This document shows positions 25,373 to 30,913 of a stretch of DNA of 30,913 nt, piece after piece. A program made the position numbers and the translations under genes. Location of the stretch: the NCBI GenBank assembly GCA_022844165.1, contig JALHMH010000046.1, positions 1-30,913 of the forward strand, given 5' to 3'. Below the pieces are notes generated by a model. That model ran no database searches, was not told the origin of the DNA, and saw nothing but the letters and a program-made list of their open reading frames with translations. The stretch is from Lysobacterales bacterium (lineage in GTDB: Bacteria > Pseudomonadota > Gammaproteobacteria > Xanthomonadales > SZUA-5). Within the stretch, counting starts at the first letter, position 1. Each line of letters begins with the position of its first letter.

Positions 25373-27937
25373 TCAATCGACCCTTTCCAGCCGCGCACCA
25401 AGCGCCTGGCCCAGCCGCTCGCGTTCGGCTTCGCTCAGCGCCTCGCTGCTGGCGCTCGCCACAGCGAAAAAATCTTCGGCGCGTTCGCCGAAGGTTGCGA
25501 TCCGCGCGCTTTGTACGCGCACGCCGGCGTCGCGAAACGCATGTGCCACGCTCGCCAGCAGCCCTGGGCGATCCGGGCAAACCAGCATCAGCTGCGTTGC
25601 GTTTTCTCCAGGCCGCTGCTCAAATTCGATCAACGGCGGAAACCGGAACAAACGCTCCTCGCGCGTGCTGCGTCGCCGTGCGAGCTTCGGTTTCAGCGGG
25701 TGCTCGGACAGGGCCATGGTCAATGCCATTTGAATCTCTTGATTGCGCGTCATCGCATCCTGAGATTCGCGCCGCAAATCCAGGACCTGAAACGTATCGA
25801 GCGTCAGGCCGGACTTGCAGGTCATGATACGCGCGGCGATGACCGACAAGTCCATGCGATCCAGCGTCGAAGCGATCGTCGCGAAAATGCCGTCCTGGTC
25901 GTGCATGCGCACGAAAATTTCGCGAGTGCCATCTTTGCCCACTGCGCGAACCGCCACCAGCGGCTTGCCCGGTCGCACGTTGGCGATGATCGCGTGCGTC
26001 AACCAACGCAACTGATCGGGCGAATAGCGCCAGAAACTCTGTTCCGGGAAATCCAGCCACAGCGCCTCGACGGTCGCGAACATGACACCCTCACCCGTCA
26101 GCAGCTCAAGCGCGCGCAAACGCGTCGCGGCAACGCGATCGCGGCGATCCAGCGCCTCGCCGCCCTTACGCAATTGCATCCGCGCGGATTTATAGAGATC
26201 GGACAACAACCGCGCTTTCCAGCCGTTCCAAAGCTTGGGGTTCGTCGCACGAATATCGGCAACCGTCAGCAGATACAAACACTCGAGTCGCTCCCAATCG
26301 CCCACTTTGAGGGCAAATTTGCGGATCACCTCTGGATCTTGAATGTCCTGCTTTTGTGCGGTGGTCGACATCAACAGATGCTGCTCTACCAGCCACGCCA
26401 CCAGATCGATATCCGCCTTGGGCGAACCGATCATTTTCAAGTAGCGCCGCGCATCCTTTGCGCCAAGCGTCGAATGGTCGCCGCCACGGCCTTTTGCAAT
26501 GTCGTGAAACAAAGCTGCAAGAAACAGCAGCTCCGGTTGGCGCACACGCAGCATCAGCTCATGCGCCAACGCAAACTCTGCATCCTCCGGCGGCACAAAG
26601 AACTGTTGCAGGTGTTTGACCAGGAACAGCGTGTGCTGATCGACCGTATAAACGTGGAACAAGTCGTATTGCATTCGACCCGTCACCCGGGCGAAAGCCG
26701 GAATCAGTTCGCCCAACAATCGGTGGCGATGCAATTCCGCCAACGCCGGATAAGGGTGGCGCGAACGCAGAACTGCCTCGAGTTGTTCATGTGCATCGCG
26801 GTCCTTTCTCAGCGCCGCGCGCAGCGCTCTGGGCGCCCGTGCGATCGCTTGCGCCAGCACCGGCCCCAGGCGCCTCGGGCCATCGATGCGGGCAATGGCA
26901 ACAAAGGGCTCAAGCAAGTCTGCCGGACTCGCCAGGCCGGGATGACCCGGCAGCGCCTCAACTCGATCGCCGTCCAGGGCCAGACGCGCGCTGCCGGCAA
27001 TCGGCATCCACGCAAGTGCGCGCAGCGACAATCGTTGTTCGATGCGATGGGTCAGCGCCTCGAACAGACGATCCACATCGCCGGCCGCACGAAAATACCG
27101 CTGCATCAGCGTTTCGACCACATGGTGCCCAGCGTCCCTGGCGTGCACGAAACGCGCCGCGAGCGCTCTTTGAAAGTCGAACAGGAGCCGCTCCTCGCGG
27201 CGTCCAGCCTCGCGATGCAGCGCAAATCGCAAGTCCATCAGCAAGGTCTCTGCTCTGCGCAGAGTCGCCATTTCATCGCGCTCGGCAAGGCCCTCGCGGA
27301 TCCAGTCGGCCGCTCGATACAAACCACAACAGCGCATCCCCAGCCAGCGCAAGGTATCCAGATCGCGCAACGCGCCGCGCCCGTTTTTCAAGTTGGGCTC
27401 AAGGTTATGTGCGGTATCTGCGTATCGCTCGCGTCGCGTTTGCGTTTCGTCGATCTTCGCCCGGAAAAAAGCGGCCGGCGTGAAACGGCTTCTCGCCAAC
27501 GTCGCCGCTATCACGGTCGCCATTTCGGGCGCACCGCCAAGCATGCGGGCGTCCAGCGCTGCGGTGAAGCCACTCAGGTCTTGATCGACGAATGCCGACC
27601 ATTCGTCCAAGGTGCGGACGCTGTGCGCCAAATCCAGCTGCAAGTCCCAAGCAGCGGCCAAAAATGCGCGAACAGCAGCTTCGCGATGTCGCGATTTTTC
27701 CCCTGGCACCAGAATCAGCACATCCACATCTGAGGCTGGAAACAACCGCCCTCGTCCATAACCGCCGGTGGCGATCAAATGGCAATCGGCCAAGGTCTGC
27801 GCCTGCCATAGCTCGATCAATGCGGCGTCGGTCGCGGCCGCTAATGTGCGGCACACGGGGTCGGCTCGTAACTCGGCGTTGAAGTGCGCGTATGCGCTGG
27901 CACGAACCGCTGCCAGCCGCGCCCGCAGTTCGCTCAA
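25373..27937 (-). CDS. glnD: [Protein-PII] uridylyltransferase / uridylyl-removing enzyme
   Basis: GGYGRG..FPASDVDVL NTase motif, LEPNLKNGRGALRD, HD domain (HVYTVDQH, FHDIAKGRGGDHS), two ACT domains (DRPGLL, TFGERAEDFF). TTG start overlaps the map stop. Confidence 0.96.
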   Translation of the reverse strand: MSELRARLAAVRASAYAHFNAELRADPVCRTLAAATDAALIELWQAQTLADCHLIATGGYGRGRLFPASDVDVLILVPGEKSRHREAAVRAFLAAAWDLQLDLAHSVRTLDEWSAFVDQDLSGFTAALDARMLGGAPEMATVIAATLARSRFTPAAFFRAKIDETQTRRERYADTAHNLEPNLKNGRGALRDLDTLRWLGMRCCGLYRAADWIREGLAERDEMATLRRAETLLMDLRFALHREAGRREERLLFDFQRALAARFVHARDAGHHVVETLMQRYFRAAGDVDRLFEALTHRIEQRLSLRALAWMPIAGSARLALDGDRVEALPGHPGLASPADLLEPFVAIARIDGPRRLGPVLAQAIARAPRALRAALRKDRDAHEQLEAVLRSRHPYPALAELHRHRLLGELIPAFARVTGRMQYDLFHVYTVDQHTLFLVKHLQQFFVPPEDAEFALAHELMLRVRQPELLFLAALFHDIAKGRGGDHSTLGAKDARRYLKMIGSPKADIDLVAWLVEQHLLMSTTAQKQDIQDPEVIRKFALKVGDWERLECLYLLTVADIRATNPKLWNGWKARLLSDLYKSARMQLRKGGEALDRRDRVAATRLRALELLTGEGVMFATVEALWLDFPEQSFWRYSPDQLRWLTHAIIANVRPGKPLVAVRAVGKDGTREIFVRMHDQDGIFATIASTLDRMDLSVIAARIMTCKSGLTLDTFQVLDLRRESQDAMTRNQEIQMALTMALSEHPLKPKLARRRSTREERLFRFPPLIEFEQRPGENATQLMLVCPDRPGLLASVAHAFRDAGVRVQSARIATFGERAEDFFAVASASSEALSEAERERLGQALGARLERVD

Positions 27938-28734
27938 AACGTCTCCTCGGCGGCGAGCGTCAGGATTTCAAAGCCCTTCTCGGTGACCGCCACCGTATGC
28001 TCCCACTGCGCGCTCAAGCTGCGGTCCTTGGTCACCACTGTCCATCCGTCGGGCATCAATTTCACATGCCGCTGGCCCGCGTTGACCATGGGCTCGACCG
28101 TGAACGTCATCCCGGGATCAAGACGTTCGCCTCGCCCACGTGATGAGTCGAAGTAGTGCAGCACCTGCGGCTCCTCATGGAAACGCTCGCCAATGCCGTG
28201 CCCACAGTACTCGCGCACCACGGTAAACCGCTCCGCTTCGACGAAGCGTTGAATCGCCTTGCCGATATCGCCAAGGTAAGCGCCAGGTTTGATCAGCTCG
28301 ATCCCCAACTTCATGGCCTGGTAAGTGGTATCCACCAGGCGCCTCGCCAACACCGACGGTTCTCCAACAAAGAACATCCGTGAGGTATCGCCATGAAAAC
28401 CGTCCTTGATCACCGTGACATCGATGTTCACGATGTCGCCGTCTTTCAGGACTTTAGGGCCTGGGATTCCGTGACACACCACATTGTTGACGCTGGTGCA
28501 AATCGAACGCGGAAATCCTTTGTAGTTCAAAGGTGCCGGGATTGCGCCTTGTGTGTCTACGATGTAATCGTGACAGATCCGATCGAGCTGATCGGTGGTC
28601 ACGCCAGCTTTCACGTGCGGGCGGATCATCATCAGCACGTCAGCCGCGAGCCGTCCGGCCACGCGCATCTTCGCCATCTGGTCGGGCGTTTTATAGGTGA
28701 TGCCACTGGGGGCAGTCGCGGGTGGTGCGCGCAT
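27934..28734 (-). CDS. map: Type I methionine aminopeptidase
   Basis: SICTSVNNVVCHGIP, NIDVTV..DGFHGDTS, YCGHGIG..FHEEP, TVEPM, SAQWEHT. The true start is far downstream of the ORF-track start. Confidence 0.97.
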   Translation of the reverse strand: MRAPPATAPSGITYKTPDQMAKMRVAGRLAADVLMMIRPHVKAGVTTDQLDRICHDYIVDTQGAIPAPLNYKGFPRSICTSVNNVVCHGIPGPKVLKDGDIVNIDVTVIKDGFHGDTSRMFFVGEPSVLARRLVDTTYQAMKLGIELIKPGAYLGDIGKAIQRFVEAERFTVVREYCGHGIGERFHEEPQVLHYFDSSRGRGERLDPGMTFTVEPMVNAGQRHVKLMPDGWTVVTKDRSLSAQWEHTVAVTEKGFEILTLAAEETF

Positions 28735-28855
28735 AGTTTGCCTTGTTCCAAAAAGTCCAGTTATTATCCCGAAGATTTTTCGCGCGCCCAAGGGGTCCCC
28801 GGCAAGCATCGCGAATTCTCCGTTGGTCCGATGTACGCATCGTAAGCCAATGACT

Positions 28856-28927
28856 ACACACACGCACGGTGTTTCTTCTTTTTGGGGTGCTCGAAGGATC
28901 GAGTCCGGCAAGAAGCGTTGCGTGGGC
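28856..28927 (+). ncRNA. t44 / rpsB 5' leader (S2 autoregulatory structure), conserved core
   Basis: ACACACACGC...GGGGTGC...TCCGG...GCGTGG matches the conserved t44 pattern and lies immediately upstream of rpsB. Confidence 0.75.
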
Positions 28928-28977
28928 GAACCCAACCCAGGCGTCGCAAGTCGACGCACAAATCTCAAGGATTGAAC

Positions 28978-29862
28978 ATGCCACAAGTAACTATGCGCCA
29001 GATGCTCGAAGCTGGCGTACATTTCGGCCATCAAACGCGCTATTGGAACCCGAAAATGGGGCCCTACATTTTCGGCGCACGCGGCAAGATTCACATCGTC
29101 AACCTGGAAAAGACGATGCCGCTGTTCCACGACGCAATGAATTTTGTGTCCGGTCTCGCGCAGCGTCGTAGCAGCATTTTGTTCGTCGGCACCAAGCGCT
29201 CCGCTCGTGAGGCGGTCAAAGACGAAGCGTCGCGTTGCGGCATGCCCTACGTCAGCCAACGCTGGCTGGGCGGCATGCTGACCAATTTCCGCACCGTGAA
29301 ACAATCGATTTCCCGCTTGAAAGAGCTGGAAAGCAACAGCACCGATGGCACCTGGGACCGCCTGGTCAAACACGAAGTGCTTGGCTTGAAGCGCGAGTTG
29401 GAAAAACTCGATCAGAGTCTCGGCGGCATCAAGAATATGAACAGCCTGCCCGACGCGCTGTTCGTGATCGACACCGGCCACGAAGAAATTGCAATCAAAG
29501 AAGCCAAGAAACTTGGCATACCGGTGATTGGAATCGTCGACACGAACCACAATCCCGACCACGTCGATTATGTCATTCCCGGCAACGACGATGCGATCAG
29601 CGCCATCCAGCTGTATGCGCGCGCTGCTGCCGATGCCGTACTGGAAGGCAAAGCCGCTGCGCCGATCATGGCCGGCTCAGGCGACGACTTCGTCGAGCTG
29701 GATGCCCAGGGCAACCCCTTGGCCACCGAAGCTAAGCCAGAAAATCGTCGACGCGATGGCAAGAACGACCGCGATCGAAAGGGTCCGCCGCGTCGTCGGC
29801 CGTCCGGTGACCGCCCGCAGGCGGGTCGTCGTCACCAACCGCAAGATGACTCCGGCGAGTAA
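28978..29862 (+). CDS. rpsB: 30S ribosomal protein S2
   Basis: [46 protein letters not shown] at 28978. Confidence 0.99.
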   Translation: MPQVTMRQMLEAGVHFGHQTRYWNPKMGPYIFGARGKIHIVNLEKTMPLFHDAMNFVSGLAQRRSSILFVGTKRSAREAVKDEASRCGMPYVSQRWLGGMLTNFRTVKQSISRLKELESNSTDGTWDRLVKHEVLGLKRELEKLDQSLGGIKNMNSLPDALFVIDTGHEEIAIKEAKKLGIPVIGIVDTNHNPDHVDYVIPGNDDAISAIQLYARAAADAVLEGKAAAPIMAGSGDDFVELDAQGNPLATEAKPENRRRDGKNDRDRKGPPRRRPSGDRPQAGRRHQPQDDSGE

Positions 29863-29883
29863 TCGTCGCGTGGTTTGATTCAC

Positions 29884-29905
29884 CAGCGGCGCTTCGGCGC
29901 CGCTG
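29884..29905 (+). other. C(UUCG)G hairpin between rpsB and tsf
   Basis: CAGCGGCGC-TTCG-GCGCCGCTG, perfect 9-bp stem. Confidence 0.65.
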
Positions 29906-30035
29906 AACTATGACAAAACGGGGCACGAGGCGCGGTGGACACGCGAAACGGCGACAGCGAACGCTGTCTCCGCGCGCCATACCTTGATCGTGTCGTTTGC
30001 CCCGTGCCCTGTGCCCCAAAGAAGGAATGAAGCCT

Positions 30036-30913
30036 GTGGAAATCACTGCTGCCCTGGTGAAGGAACTACGCGAGCGCTCTGGCGCCGGCATGATGGAATG
30101 CAAGAAGGCGCTCACGGAGAACGCCGGCAACATTGAAGCGGCCGCCGACTGGTTGCGCAAACAAGGCTTGGCAAAGGCCGACAAGAAGGCAACCCGTGTT
30201 GCCGCAGAAGGCCGAATGGCGCTGGCTGTCACGGACGGTCGCGCCGTGCTGGTCGAACTGAACTGCGAAACGGATTTCGTCGCCAAGGACGAGAACTTCG
30301 TCAAACTGTGCAATGCCGTTGCCGCAGCCGCTTTGGAAGCCAATACCTCAGACATCGAAGCCATCAAACAATTGGTTTTGGCCGATGGCCAGACCGTCGA
30401 TTCCACCCGCCAGGCCCTGGTCGCCAAGATCGGCGAAAACATGCAGGTGCGCCGTGCCGCATTGCTGCAAGGCGCGAACATCGGCTCTTACATCCACAGC
30501 AACAACAAGCTGGGTGTGTTGATCGCACTGGAAGGCGGCTCGGCCGAGTTGGCCAAGGGCCTGGCGATGCATATCGCCGCGATGAATCCGCAGTATCTGG
30601 ACATGAGCCAGATCCCAGCGGATGTGATGGCGCGCGAACGCGATATCGCACTCGATCAGTCGAAGGATTCCGGAAAGCCGCCGGAAATTCTGGAGAAAAT
30701 GATCCAAGGCAAGATTCGCAAGACGCTGGCCGAACAAACATTGCTCGGACAGGCGTACGCTGCGCCCGACGCAAACGGCATCGGCGTCGAAGAGGCGCTC
30801 AAGAAAGCTGGCGCCAAAGTCACTGCGTTCGTGCGCTTGAACGTTGGCGAAGGCATCGAGAAGAAAGAAGAGAATTTCGCCGAAGAAGTCATGAAGCAGG
30901 TCAAGGCGAGCGA
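30036..30913 (+). CDS. tsf: Translation elongation factor Ts (runs off the window end)
   Basis: GTG start after AAGGA; EITAALVKELRERSGAGMMECKKAL, AAEG, ELNCETDFVAK, AMHIAAMNP, GEGIEK..NFAEEV. Missing from the ORF track because there is no stop in the window. Confidence 0.98.
   Translation, partial: MEITAALVKELRERSGAGMMECKKALTENAGNIEAAADWLRKQGLAKADKKATRVAAEGRMALAVTDGRAVLVELNCETDFVAKDENFVKLCNAVAAAALEANTSDIEAIKQLVLADGQTVDSTRQALVAKIGENMQVRRAALLQGANIGSYIHSNNKLGVLIALEGGSAELAKGLAMHIAAMNPQYLDMSQIPADVMARERDIALDQSKDSGKPPEILEKMIQGKIRKTLAEQTLLGQAYAAPDANGIGVEEALKKAGAKVTAFVRLNVGEGIEKKEENFAEEVMKQVKAS

Noticed and set aside
25142-27733. 863-aa + strand ORF
   Set aside because: Antisense shadow of glnD; no recognisable motifs, and long stop-free antisense frames are common in high-GC genes.
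28735-29562. N-terminal 276 aa of the 542-aa map ORF
   Set aside because: Open-frame extension antisense to rpsB and its leader; MetAP homology starts near 28734.
1-30913. CRISPR array, rRNA, prophage or integrase genes
   Set aside because: No regularly spaced repeats or matching genes seen.

Overview
GC-rich gammaproteobacterial chromosomal window, most like Xanthomonadales/Lysobacterales. It is mostly housekeeping: frmA-fghA, dapE-dapD, a pseudopilin-only gspGHIJK cluster, fdhD, a MacAB-like ABC exporter with three adaptor domains, a PPTase, DUF1499, algZ-algR, an IPNS-family oxygenase, glmM, glnD, map, the t44 leader, rpsB and the start of tsf. The most unusual part is the ~890-bp region with no credible long ORF at 3112-3996 (minus strand), upstream of a slipin/SPFH gene. 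In order it holds a sigma70-like promoter, a 20-aa leader peptide (MIKHGIPCRPHGFNPMRRRA) with an intrinsic terminator (attenuator layout), and ~660 nt of dense hairpins. Those hairpins include a mini-tRNA lacking an anticodon arm, directly abutting a degenerate tRNA-Asn(GTT). No rtcB, rtcA, rtcR or Ro60 gene is present in the window. A second candidate system is a membrane Ser/Thr kinase-TPR receptor overlapping a small DP-EP-like (self-cleaving Asp-Pro) protein gene. The left edge shows a probable IS end truncating a TPR membrane protein gene. All calls come from reading motifs by eye; no searches or folding computations were run.
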